Assembly (NCBI GenBank): GCA_965228475.1
Contig: OZ245817.1
Span: forward strand, 1,312,001 to 1,376,000
Direction of reading: 5' to 3'
DNA from: Myxococcota bacterium
GTDB taxonomy: Bacteria > Myxococcota_A > UBA9160 > JAFDDA01
Length of the DNA: 64,000 nucleotides
In this document: positions 1-9,079 of the stretch, one piece after another
Numbering within the stretch: the stretch's first letter is position 1
Layout: every line of letters begins with the position of its first letter
Notes under the pieces: model-generated
What the model was told of the DNA's origin: nothing
Seen by the model: only the letters and a program-made list of their open reading frames with translations
Databases searched by the model: none
Position numbers and translations under genes: made by a program

Positions 1-467
1 TCCTGGTCGACGACCTCTTCAGCGAGCACGTCGAGCCGAGCCTCGTGCAGCCGACCTTCATCACGAACCACCCGGTGGCGATCTCGCCGCTCGCGAAGGA
101 ATCCCGCGAGGACCCGCGCGTGGCCGAGCGCTTCGAGATCTTCATCGCCGGCATGGAGGTCGGGAACGCCTTCAGCGAGCTCAACGACCCCGAGGTCCAG
201 CGCGAGCGCTTCGAGCAGCAGAGCCGCGCGAGCGGGGAGGGCGACGACGAGGCCCACCCGATGGACGAAGCGTTCCTGCGCGCCATGGAGCACGGCATGC
301 CGCCGACGGGGGGGCTCGGCGTCGGCGTCGGCCGCCTGGCCATGGTGCTCGCGGACGCACCCTCCCTGCGCGAGGTGAAGCTCTTCCCGCACATGCGCCC
401 CGAAGCGTCCGAAGACTCGGTCGACGGCGCGTCCGAAGACGCGCCCGACGGCGAAGCCGGGGACTGA
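1..467 (+). CDS. lysS: Lysine--tRNA ligase, C-terminal part (5' end outside window)
   Basis: Class II LysRS motifs ERFEIFIAGMEVGNAFSELNDP and EHGMPPTGGLGVGVGRLAM; LREVKLFPHMRP. Confidence 0.95.
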   Translation, partial: LVDDLFSEHVEPSLVQPTFITNHPVAISPLAKESREDPRVAERFEIFIAGMEVGNAFSELNDPEVQRERFEQQSRASGEGDDEAHPMDEAFLRAMEHGMPPTGGLGVGVGRLAMVLADAPSLREVKLFPHMRPEASEDSVDGASEDAPDGEAGD

Positions 468-470
468 CCC

Positions 471-2441
471 ATGCCCGCGAGCGCCTTGGTGGACGCCCTC
501 ACGGCGGCGAGCGGGACGGTCGCGTTCTCGTTCATCGTCGCCCTGGCCCTCGGGCTGGTGGCGATGGTCGTGCTCTTCCTCACCTCCGCGGTGGTGGTGC
601 TCGACCGCTTCGCGCGGACGGCTCGGAGCCCGCTGTGGATCGGGGCGGTCGGCGTGGTCTGGGCGCTGCTGGCGGGGTTGGCTTTCGCCGGCGCGATCAC
701 GCCGGAGACCGTCACCGTCGATCTCGACGAGGCGACGCTCGGACGGGTCGCCTTCGGTGTGGGTGCGGTCGGCGTCGCGCTCTCGATGGGGGCCGTCGCC
801 CTGCTGCTGCGCTCGCTCTCGCCGGGCCGGCTCGCCGCCGGGACCTGCCTGGCCCTCGCTACGGCCTGGGCCCTGGTCATGGGCGGCGTCGGGAACGTCC
901 TGGCCGCCGGGGTCGGGGTCGCTCTCGCGGTCGCGGCCGCCTTGCTCTTGCGCCGCCGGGGCCGCGCCGCCGGCGCCGCCTCCGATGCGGAGAGATGGGC
1001 GTGGATCCTCGCCGGGGTGCTCGCGGTCGGCCTGCTGCTCGCCTTCCTCCTGCCGGCGCCGCAGCTCGAGATGGCCGGCCTGGGCGTGCTCGTCGGAGGC
1101 CTCGTCGTCGCGTCGATCCTGCTCGGGCTGCTGCCCCTGGCCTTCGCCGGGCTCGGCGGTCTGCGCGGGAGCGTCGAGTGGTTCATCGGCGTCCGGTATC
1201 TCTTCGCCAAGCGCCGCCAGACCTTCATCTCCGTGATCAGCCTGATCTGCGTGGGCGGCGTCGCGACCGGCGTCTGGCTCATCATCACCGTGCTCTCGGT
1301 GATGAACGGCTTCGCGGGCGTCTGGCGCGACGAGGTGATCGGAAACCGCGCCCACTTCACCATCCACAGCCACGGCGGCCGCTTCGCCGGCTACGAAGAG
1401 GTGATCGAAACCGTCCGCGCGCTCCCGGAGGTGCTCGGCGCTTCGCCCTTCCTCGACGCGGAGGGCATGGTGCGCGGGGAGGGCGGCCAGATCGTCGGGG
1501 TGCGCGTGCGCGGGATCGACCCGGGCAACACCGGCGCCGTCGGCGAGCTCGACGACGCCATCCTCGAAGGAACCCTCGACGACTTCGACGCCCGCCCGAT
1601 CGAGGGCGACGACTCGACCCCCGTGCCCGGCATCGTGATCGGCCACACCCTGGCGCGGAACCTCGGGTTCAACGTCGGCGACCCGATCTTCGTGATCTCG
1701 CCCTTCGGCGGGCCCCAGACGCCCCTCGGCCCGGCGCCGCGCCTGAAGCGCTTCCGCGTCTCGGGCGTCTTCCAATCGACGCTGCTCCAGTACGAGCAGG
1801 TCTTCACCTACGTCGATCTGGCCTCCGCCCAGGACTTCCTGCGCGAGGAGGACGTGGTCGGCGGCGTGCTCGTCCGGGTCGAGGACTTCGTGCGTTCGCT
1901 TCCGGTGGGCGAGGCGGCCCAGCGCGCCCTCGGCCCGCCGTTCTACACGGTGGATTGGAAGGAGTTCTTTCCGTCCTTCTTCCAGGCCCTCAAGACCGAG
2001 CGCGTGATGATGTTCATCCTGCTCACGATGATCATCGTCGTCGCCGCCTTCATGATCGTGGCGACGCTGATCATGCTGATCATGGAGAAGTCGACGGACA
2101 TCGCGATCCTGAAGACCATGGGCGCCGAGGACGCGGTGATCGAGCGCATCTTCGCCATCGAGGGCACGATGATCGGCCTCTCGGGAACGCTGCTCGGCGT
2201 GGCCGCCGGCATGATCGTCACGACCCAGCTCGACACCATCCAGCGCTGGGTCGAGGGCCTGTTCGGGATCGACGCGCTGCCCGGCAACGTCTACCCGCTC
2301 CAGAGCTTCCCCTGGGAGTTCGATCCGGTGCAGATCGGCGTCGTGATCACGCTGGCCATGGTGCTCTCCCTCGGTGCGACGCTCCTGCCGAGCCGCCAGG
2401 GGGCGCGGCTCGACCCGGCGGAGGCCCTGCGCCATGAGTGA
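471..2441 (+). CDS. lolC: Lipoprotein-releasing ABC transporter permease LolC/E family with long hydrophobic N-terminal extension
   Basis: FIGVRYLFAKRR...LSVMNGF, EKSTDIAILKTMGA, C-terminal DPAEALRHE; lies between lysS and lolD. Confidence 0.9.
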   Translation: MPASALVDALTAASGTVAFSFIVALALGLVAMVVLFLTSAVVVLDRFARTARSPLWIGAVGVVWALLAGLAFAGAITPETVTVDLDEATLGRVAFGVGAVGVALSMGAVALLLRSLSPGRLAAGTCLALATAWALVMGGVGNVLAAGVGVALAVAAALLLRRRGRAAGAASDAERWAWILAGVLAVGLLLAFLLPAPQLEMAGLGVLVGGLVVASILLGLLPLAFAGLGGLRGSVEWFIGVRYLFAKRRQTFISVISLICVGGVATGVWLIITVLSVMNGFAGVWRDEVIGNRAHFTIHSHGGRFAGYEEVIETVRALPEVLGASPFLDAEGMVRGEGGQIVGVRVRGIDPGNTGAVGELDDAILEGTLDDFDARPIEGDDSTPVPGIVIGHTLARNLGFNVGDPIFVISPFGGPQTPLGPAPRLKRFRVSGVFQSTLLQYEQVFTYVDLASAQDFLREEDVVGGVLVRVEDFVRSLPVGEAAQRALGPPFYTVDWKEFFPSFFQALKTERVMMFILLTMIIVVAAFMIVATLIMLIMEKSTDIAILKTMGAEDAVIERIFAIEGTMIGLSGTLLGVAAGMIVTTQLDTIQRWVEGLFGIDALPGNVYPLQSFPWEFDPVQIGVVITLAMVLSLGATLLPSRQGARLDPAEALRHE

Positions 2442-3162
2442 CGCCGCCGGGCCGCTCCTCGAGGTCGTCGACCTGCACAAGCGCTTCTCGACGGGGGAGG
2501 GCGAGATCGAGGTCCTGCGCGGCATCGACCTCACCGTCGCCCGCGGCGAGCGCATGGCGATCGTCGGCCAGTCGGGCGTCGGCAAGTCGACGCTGCTCCA
2601 CATCCTGGGAGGGCTCGACCAGCCGACGAGCGGCCAGGTGCTCTTCGAGGGCAAGGACCTGTTCGCGAAGTCGCGCGAGGAGATGTCGGCCTTCCGGAAC
2701 CACCAGCTCGGCTTCGTGTTCCAGTTCCATCACCTGTTGCCCGAGTTCGACGCCCTCGAAAACGTGATGATGCCAGGGCGGATCCGCGGCCTGGCCGGCG
2801 ACGAGCTCGAGGCGAGCGCGCAGAAGATCCTCGAAGAAGTGGGCCTCGGAGCCCGCCTGCGCCACAAGGTCGGGAAGCTCTCGGGCGGGGAGCGCCAGCG
2901 CGTGGCGGTGGCCCGCGCGCTCGTGCTGAGCCCGCTGCTGCTCCTGGCCGACGAGCCGACGGGCAATCTCGACCCGGACACCGGCGAGCACATCGAGGAC
3001 CTCTTGCTCGAGATGAACGCGTCCCGCGGCACGGCCTTGGTGATCGTGACCCACAACGAGCGCCTCGCGGAGAAGCTCGGGCGGATCGTGACGCTGACGG
3101 GTGGGGAAGCGGGGGGCGAGGGGGCCCCAGCCGAGACCGGCGTCACGCACGGGTCCGTCTGA
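2434..3162 (+). CDS. lolD: Lipoprotein-releasing ABC transporter ATPase
   Basis: Walker A GQSGVGKS, LGFVFQFHHLLPEF, LSGGERQRVAVARAL, DEPTGNLD; ATG 2434 overlaps lolC stop. Confidence 0.93.
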   Translation: MSDAAGPLLEVVDLHKRFSTGEGEIEVLRGIDLTVARGERMAIVGQSGVGKSTLLHILGGLDQPTSGQVLFEGKDLFAKSREEMSAFRNHQLGFVFQFHHLLPEFDALENVMMPGRIRGLAGDELEASAQKILEEVGLGARLRHKVGKLSGGERQRVAVARALVLSPLLLLADEPTGNLDPDTGEHIEDLLLEMNASRGTALVIVTHNERLAEKLGRIVTLTGGEAGGEGAPAETGVTHGSV

Positions 3163-3261
3163 GAACCCCGTAGCGCAAAGCCTCTCCGCCCGACACCGCG
3201 GCGGACGTGCGAGTTCCGACTCAAGTTCTTGGAAAACAAGGGAAATGACTGGCTCTCGGGC

Positions 3262-3291
3262 TTGGCGGGGCCGGGGGTGGGGCGGTAGAAT
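3262..3291 (+). promoter_or_regulatory. Putative sigma70 promoter for bamA-skp-lpx genes
   Basis: TTGGCG (3262-3267), 18-nt spacer, TAGAAT (3286-3291) in the intergenic gap. Confidence 0.45.
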
Positions 3292-3335
3292 CGCCGCCGC
3301 GGCCCGACCCGGGCCGGTGTTGGAGGGGCCGTTCT

Positions 3336-6300
3336 TTGTTGCGACGCACCGCTGGGTCCGTTCGCGTGGGTGCGATCGCCGTCTGCCTGCTCGTGCTGGC
3401 CGCCACGGCTCCCCTCGCTCATGCCCAGTCGGCTCCGGCCGAGGCCCCGCCCGCCGAGTCGGAACTTCCGGCCGAGAACCCGCCCCCCGCGGAAGAAGCC
3501 CCGGTCGCCACCGAGGAAGTGACGCCGAGCGCGTTCCCCGCGGCCGGCCCCGCGCCGCGGAGCGGCCCGATCAAGGTGCTCGTCGCGGTCACGCCGTTCC
3601 GCATCCACAGCGCGCAGCCCCTCGGCCATCTCGAGCAGACCCTCGCGGATCTGTTGTCTTCGCGGCTCGAGGCCAGCGGCAAGATCGACGTGGTCGATGC
3701 GGTGATCGTCCGCGAGGCCCTCGTCGACTACGCCGCCGGCGAGTTGACGGAGATCGCTTTGCGCCGGCTCGCCCGGGAGCTCGGCGCCGACTACGTCGTG
3801 AGCGGAAGCCTCACCGAGCTCGCGGGAAACTTCAGCCTCGACGTCCGCACCACGCCCATCGACAGCGATGCGGCGAGCGAGACGATGGTGTTCACGGCGT
3901 CGAGCGAAGAGGAACTGCTCGACCGGATCAACGAACTCTCGGACCGGCTCGTCTCGGACCTCGTCTCGGAATCGCGCGGGCTCGTGAAGTCGGTCGCGCT
4001 CGACGGCGAGCGGATCCTCGAGCCGGGCTCCGGCCGGGAGCGGCTCGAGACGAAGGTCGGTGAGCCCTACGACTCGGCCTCCGTCTCCCGCGACCTCGCC
4101 TACCTGCGCGGCCTCCCCGGTGTGGCCACCGCCACCGTGGAGACCGACCGCACGCCCGAAGGCGTGGCCGTGTCCTTCAAGGTCGTGCCCGAGACCCTGA
4201 TCTTCGGCGCCGACCGCGCCGACGACGACGATGGCGAGCGGGTCTTCGAGGTCCGGATCCGCGGCAACCGGCGCATCGAGGCGGATGCCATCCGTGCCCG
4301 AATCAGCCTGCGTCCGGGCGATCCGTACAACGCCGACCGCATCGCCGGAGACGTGCTCGAGGTCCACGCCCTCGGCTTCTTCCGCAACGTCCAGGTCTAC
4401 TCCGAGGAGAGCGACGACGGGCGCATCGTGATCTTCGAGGTCGAAGAGAACCCGGTCGTCCGCCGCGTCTCGATCACCGGCAACGACTCCGTCGACGGCG
4501 ACCGCATCCGCGACGCGCTCACGCTCACCACCGGGTCGACCCTCGACTATCCGCTGCTCTTCGAGAACCGCGCCCGGGTCGAGGCGCTCTACCGCGCCCA
4601 GGGCTTCTACCTGGCCTCGGTCAGCTACCGCATCGACAACATCTCCGAGGGCGCCGTCTCGATCGACTTCGAGGTCGACGAGGGCCGCAAGCTCCGGCTC
4701 GTGAAGATCGATTTCGAGGGCAACACCACGCTCTCGGACGAGCGTCTCCGCAAGGGGATGAAGACCAAGCCCTTCCGCTGGCACTCCCATGCCACGCGCT
4801 TCCTCACCAACGCCGGAACCTACTCCGAGCCGGTCTTCCTCCAGGATCTCCGCGGCGTCGAGGATCTCTACGCCAACGAGGGCTTCATCGAGGTCGAGAT
4901 CTCGCCGCCGGACATCCAGACCACGCCGGAAGGTCTGGTCGTGAAGGTCGTGATCAGCGAAGGCGATCGCTACGAGACCGGCGGGCTCGACGTGGCGGGC
5001 GACGAGACCATCGACCTCGACACCCTGCGCGAGAAGCTGAACCTGAAGGAAGGCGAGACCTTCGACCGGGGCGGCCTGACGCGGGACGTCGACGTGCTGA
5101 CCCAGCACTACACGGACCGGGGCTTCTACTTCGCGAGCGTCAACCCGCGCACCCAGGTCGACCGCGACGCCAAGCGCATCGACGTGATCTTCCAGGTGGA
5201 GAAGGGGCCGCTCTACTTCGTCCGCGAGATCGAGTTCCAGGGCAACACGAACACGGTCGACACCGTTCTGCGCCAGGAGATGGAGGTCGTCGAGGGCCAG
5301 CTCTACTCGGCGCGCGCGGTGAACATCTCGCGGATCAAGCTCCAGCGGCTCGGCTTCTTCGAAGAGGTGAACCTCGAGCCCGTCCAGACGACCCAGCCCG
5401 AGGAACTCGACCTCGAGGTGCGCGTCGTCGAGCGGCCGACGGGGTCGCTCTCCTTCGGCGCCGGCTTCTCCTCGCAGGACCGCTTCGTGGTCAACGGGAG
5501 CCTCTCCCAGACCAACCTGTTCGGCCGCGGCTGGGCGGTCTCCGCGTCGGTCGACTGGGGCGGCCGCTCGAACCGCTTCTTCCTCTCGTTCTCGGACCAG
5601 CACATCGGGGGCACCGACTGGGGCGTCTCGGGCTCGATCTTCCGCACCGAGGTCGAGTTCGAGGACTTCGAGCAGCAGACCACCGGACTCGACCTGACCT
5701 TCAGCCACGCCCTCGACGAGGCGGGCAACTCGCGCGGCTTCCTCCGCTACAACTTCTCCTCGCGGGACCTGACGGACAGCAGCAACGTCAACGCCTCCTC
5801 GCCGATCTTCCGCCAGATCCTCGCGGGCAGTCAGAGCACGAGCCTGCTCGGGCTCTCGTACCGCACCGACACCCGCGACGACCGCGTCGTGCCTTCGCGC
5901 GGCTATCAGCTCGCCCTCTCGGCCGAGTTCGCCGGGCTCGGCGGCTTCTCGCGCTTCATCCGCCTCGAGGGCCGCGTCGCCAAGTACTGGCGCGCGCCGG
6001 AGTTCATCCCGTACTTCGGCGGCCGCTCGACCTTCTCGGCCACGATCCGGGGCGGCTGGGCGATCCCGTTCAACGAGTTCGACGATTGGGACATCGATTC
6101 GCGGTTCATCGGGAACTCGGATGCGTTCCTGCCCGGGCTCTTCGAAGACGAGGTCCGCTTCCTCGACGACATCGACGGGGACATCACGCTCCCCCTGACC
6201 GAGCGCTACTTCCTGGGCGGTCTCGGCTCCTTCACCCTGCGCGGCTACCGCTCGCGCTCCGTCGGACCGCGCCGGGCGGTCCTCTCGCGGTCGGGCATCG

Positions 6301-6764
6301 GCGGCCTCGGCAACCGCTTCGCGCCGGTCGGGCGCGACACCGCCAACGGCCTGTGTCAGGACGCCCTGCCGAACACCCAGTTCAACCCGACGCCGGTCAA
6401 CTTCCAGGGCGACCTCGACCTCAAGTGCAACAACCTGGACGACCGGGACATCGACGATTTCGAGGATCTGGACGAGACCGACGTCATCGGCGGCAACAAG
6501 TTCTTCTCGGCCTCCTTCGAGTACCGCTTCCCGATCTCCGAGCAGCTGGGCCTCCTGGGCATCGTCTTCCTGGACATGGGCGGGGCCTTCTACGAGGGGC
6601 AGAGCGTTTTCGACACCAGCGATTGGCGCTACGGTACGGGCGTCGGGGCCCTGTGGTTCTCCCCGTTCGGCCCCTTGCAGGTGTTCTGGGGCTTCCCGCT
6701 CAACAAGCTCGACGTCGAGGAATCGAACGTGTTCGAGTTCTCGGTGGGCGGAACGAATTTCTGA
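3336..6764 (+). CDS. bamA: Outer membrane protein assembly factor BamA (start uncertain)
   Basis: Signal peptide, POTRA repeats (IxGN), ERPTGSLSFGAG, YFLGG..TLRGY loop-6 motif, WFSPFGPL, C-terminal Phe. Confidence 0.95.
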   Translation: MLRRTAGSVRVGAIAVCLLVLAATAPLAHAQSAPAEAPPAESELPAENPPPAEEAPVATEEVTPSAFPAAGPAPRSGPIKVLVAVTPFRIHSAQPLGHLEQTLADLLSSRLEASGKIDVVDAVIVREALVDYAAGELTEIALRRLARELGADYVVSGSLTELAGNFSLDVRTTPIDSDAASETMVFTASSEEELLDRINELSDRLVSDLVSESRGLVKSVALDGERILEPGSGRERLETKVGEPYDSASVSRDLAYLRGLPGVATATVETDRTPEGVAVSFKVVPETLIFGADRADDDDGERVFEVRIRGNRRIEADAIRARISLRPGDPYNADRIAGDVLEVHALGFFRNVQVYSEESDDGRIVIFEVEENPVVRRVSITGNDSVDGDRIRDALTLTTGSTLDYPLLFENRARVEALYRAQGFYLASVSYRIDNISEGAVSIDFEVDEGRKLRLVKIDFEGNTTLSDERLRKGMKTKPFRWHSHATRFLTNAGTYSEPVFLQDLRGVEDLYANEGFIEVEISPPDIQTTPEGLVVKVVISEGDRYETGGLDVAGDETIDLDTLREKLNLKEGETFDRGGLTRDVDVLTQHYTDRGFYFASVNPRTQVDRDAKRIDVIFQVEKGPLYFVREIEFQGNTNTVDTVLRQEMEVVEGQLYSARAVNISRIKLQRLGFFEEVNLEPVQTTQPEELDLEVRVVERPTGSLSFGAGFSSQDRFVVNGSLSQTNLFGRGWAVSASVDWGGRSNRFFLSFSDQHIGGTDWGVSGSIFRTEVEFEDFEQQTTGLDLTFSHALDEAGNSRGFLRYNFSSRDLTDSSNVNASSPIFRQILAGSQSTSLLGLSYRTDTRDDRVVPSRGYQLALSAEFAGLGGFSRFIRLEGRVAKYWRAPEFIPYFGGRSTFSATIRGGWAIPFNEFDDWDIDSRFIGNSDAFLPGLFEDEVRFLDDIDGDITLPLTERYFLGGLGSFTLRGYRSRSVGPRRAVLSRSGIGGLGNRFAPVGRDTANGLCQDALPNTQFNPTPVNFQGDLDLKCNNLDDRDIDDFEDLDETDVIGGNKFFSASFEYRFPISEQLGLLGIVFLDMGGAFYEGQSVFDTSDWRYGTGVGALWFSPFGPLQVFWGFPLNKLDVEESNVFEFSVGGTNF

Positions 6765-6838
6765 CGGGCGCGTCCGATCCAACTCGGCGCCCGGGTCCAC
6801 GAGACCTTCATGACCGGCATCCCCGGAGAGAGGAAGAC

Positions 6839-7366
6839 ATGATCAAGACGAGCGGCGCCTGGCTGATCGGCCTGCTGGCCCTGGCCATCGTGGGCGGTGC
6901 CCCGGCCCCGGCCCTGGCAGAGGACAAGATCGGCGTCGTCGACATCGACGAAGCCCTGAACTCCACCGAAGAGGGCAAGGCGGCCCGGGAAGAGCTGTCG
7001 CGCAAGCAGCGCGAAGCCCAGGGGAAGCTCGAGCCCATGATCGAGCGCTTCAAGGAGATGCAGGAGGAGCTCAAGAGCAAGCGCTTCGTGCTCTCCGAAG
7101 AGGCCCTCTACCAGAAGCAGCTCGACCTCGTGGAGCTGAAGACCGAGATCGACAACCGGGCCAAGGAGCTCGAGGACAAGTTCAAGGTCGACAAGGAGCG
7201 CCTCGAGGGTCCGCTGCGGAAGAAGCTCGTGCAGATCGTCGAGGAGATCGGGAAGGAGAAGGGCTTCGGTCTGATCCTCGCCCGCGGCGCCGGCGGCATG
7301 CTCTACAACAAGGAAGCGCTCGACATCACCGACATGGTGATCGAGCGGTTCAACAAGAAGGGCTAG
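6839..7366 (+). CDS. skp: OmpH/Skp periplasmic chaperone
   Basis: Signal peptide, KIGVVD, coiled coil, LDITDMVIERFN; directly after bamA; SD-like GAGAGG upstream. Confidence 0.92.
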   Translation: MIKTSGAWLIGLLALAIVGGAPAPALAEDKIGVVDIDEALNSTEEGKAAREELSRKQREAQGKLEPMIERFKEMQEELKSKRFVLSEEALYQKQLDLVELKTEIDNRAKELEDKFKVDKERLEGPLRKKLVQIVEEIGKEKGFGLILARGAGGMLYNKEALDITDMVIERFNKKG

Positions 7367-7371
7367 CTCCC

Positions 7372-8148
7372 TTGGCCGAGGTTCACGCGAGCGCGGTGGT
7401 CGACCCGCGCGCGGAGCTGGCCGACGACGTCGTCGTCGGCCCCTTCGCGGTGGTGGGCCCGAACGTCACGCTGGCCGAGGGCGTCGAGATCCTTCCCGGT
7501 GGCCACGTCACCGGGAACACGAAGATCGGTGCGCGCACCCGGATCTTCTCCTACGCCGTCGTGGGCGAAGAGCCCATGGACAAGAAGTTCGGCGGCGAGA
7601 CCTCCTACCTCGAGGTCGGCTGCGACAACATCATCCGCGAGCACGCCACCGTCCACCTCGGCACCGAGAAGGGCGGGGGGATCACCCGGATCGGGGATGG
7701 CAACCTGATCATGAACGGGGCCCACGTCGCCCACGACGTCCAGGTCGGGAACCACGTGATCCTCGCCAGTTTCGTCGGGTGTGCGGGTCACGTGGAGGTC
7801 GGCGACTACGCCGTGCTGGGCGCCTACACGGGCGTTCACCAGTTCGGCCGGGTCGGCGAGTCCGTGATGACCGCGGCGAACACCATGCTCGCCCAGGATG
7901 CGCCGCCTTTCGCGCTGATGGCCGGTGACCGCGCCCACGTGGCCGGCATCAACGTGGTGGGGCTGAAGCGGCGCGGGTTCCCGCCGGAGACGCGCCGGGC
8001 GATCAAGCACGCCTACCACGTCGTGTTCTCGTCGAAGTTGCCCCTGGCCGAGGCCATCGCCCGGGTGCGCTCCGAAGGAGAGCCCTCGGACGAGGTGGCG
8101 CGCCTGCTGCGTTTCCTGGAGACTTCCGAGCGCGGCATCGCACGCTAG
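7372..8148 (+). CDS. lpxA: Acyl-ACP--UDP-N-acetylglucosamine acyltransferase
   Basis: Hexapeptide repeats, IREHATVHLGT, HVAHD, VHQF, GINVVGLKRRGF; TTG start. Confidence 0.95.
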   Translation: MAEVHASAVVDPRAELADDVVVGPFAVVGPNVTLAEGVEILPGGHVTGNTKIGARTRIFSYAVVGEEPMDKKFGGETSYLEVGCDNIIREHATVHLGTEKGGGITRIGDGNLIMNGAHVAHDVQVGNHVILASFVGCAGHVEVGDYAVLGAYTGVHQFGRVGESVMTAANTMLAQDAPPFALMAGDRAHVAGINVVGLKRRGFPPETRRAIKHAYHVVFSSKLPLAEAIARVRSEGEPSDEVARLLRFLETSERGIAR

Positions 8149-8221
8149 GCCGTCTTGCCGAGGCCGACTTTCGGGCCGGTCCCCGAAGCCGGGCGCGCAG
8201 CGTCGCAACCCGAGGAGTCCG

Positions 8222-9079
8222 ATGGAGACGCTGGGTCTCATCGCAGGCAGGGGGCTGTACCCCCGAGAGCTCGCGCGGCTGGCCCACGCGCGGGGCTGGC
8301 GCGTATGCGCCGTCGGCTTCCACGGAGAGACCGATCCAGCGCTCGCCGATGCGGTCGACTCCTTCGAGGTCGTCCACCTGGGCGAACTCCAGAAGCTGAT
8401 CGACACCCTGCTGCGCGGCGGTGCGACCCGCGCCGTCATGGCCGGCAAGATCCTGAAGACCCACATGTACGGGGACCTCGCGTCCTTCCACCTCGACGCC
8501 CGGGCCATCGGCATGCTCGGCAAGCTCGCCGATCGGCGCGACGACTCGATGCTGGGAGCGGTCCTCGAGGAGGTTGCCTCCGAGGGGATCGAGTTCCCCG
8601 CCCAGACGGAGATCCTGCCCGAGCTGTTCGCGCCCGAGGGCGTGCTCGGCTCGCGAGCGCCGGAGGAATCCGGCTGGGCGGACGTGCGGTTCGCCTGGCC
8701 GATCGCCAAGGCCATGGGCGGGCTCGACATCGGCCAGAGCCTCGTGGTGAAGGAGCGCGCCGTCGTGGCGGTCGAGGCCATCGAGGGGACCGATGCGGCG
8801 ATTGCCCGCGGCGCGGAGCTCGCGGGGCCGGGTTGCTGCGTGGTGAAGGTGGCCAAGCCGAATCAGGACCCGCGCTTCGATCTCCCGACGATCGGCGTCG
8901 AGACCGTGAAGACCCTCGCCGAGGCCCGGGCCTCCGTGTTCGCCTTCGAGGCCGGGCAGACCGTGCTGCTCGAGCCCGAGGAGGTCGCCGCCTCGGCGGA
9001 TGCGGCGGGAATCGCGCTCGTCTGTGTCGCCTCCGAGGGCCCACCGGGTTTCGAAGGGCCGCCGGAGGTCGCGCCGTGA
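8222..9079 (+). CDS. lpxI: UDP-2,3-diacylglucosamine diphosphatase LpxI
   Basis: LGLIAGRGLYP, DIGQSLVV, AVEAIEGTD, KPNQDPRFDLPTIG; follows lpxA. Confidence 0.93.
   Translation: METLGLIAGRGLYPRELARLAHARGWRVCAVGFHGETDPALADAVDSFEVVHLGELQKLIDTLLRGGATRAVMAGKILKTHMYGDLASFHLDARAIGMLGKLADRRDDSMLGAVLEEVASEGIEFPAQTEILPELFAPEGVLGSRAPEESGWADVRFAWPIAKAMGGLDIGQSLVVKERAVVAVEAIEGTDAAIARGAELAGPGCCVVKVAKPNQDPRFDLPTIGVETVKTLAEARASVFAFEAGQTVLLEPEEVAASADAAGIALVCVASEGPPGFEGPPEVAP

Noticed and set aside
6761..6842. In-frame CTG for skp and uORF MTGIPGERKT* (6810-6842)
   Set aside because: The signal peptide starts at ATG 6839 with its own SD, and the uORF is not coupled to the bamA stop, so it is not counted as a relay
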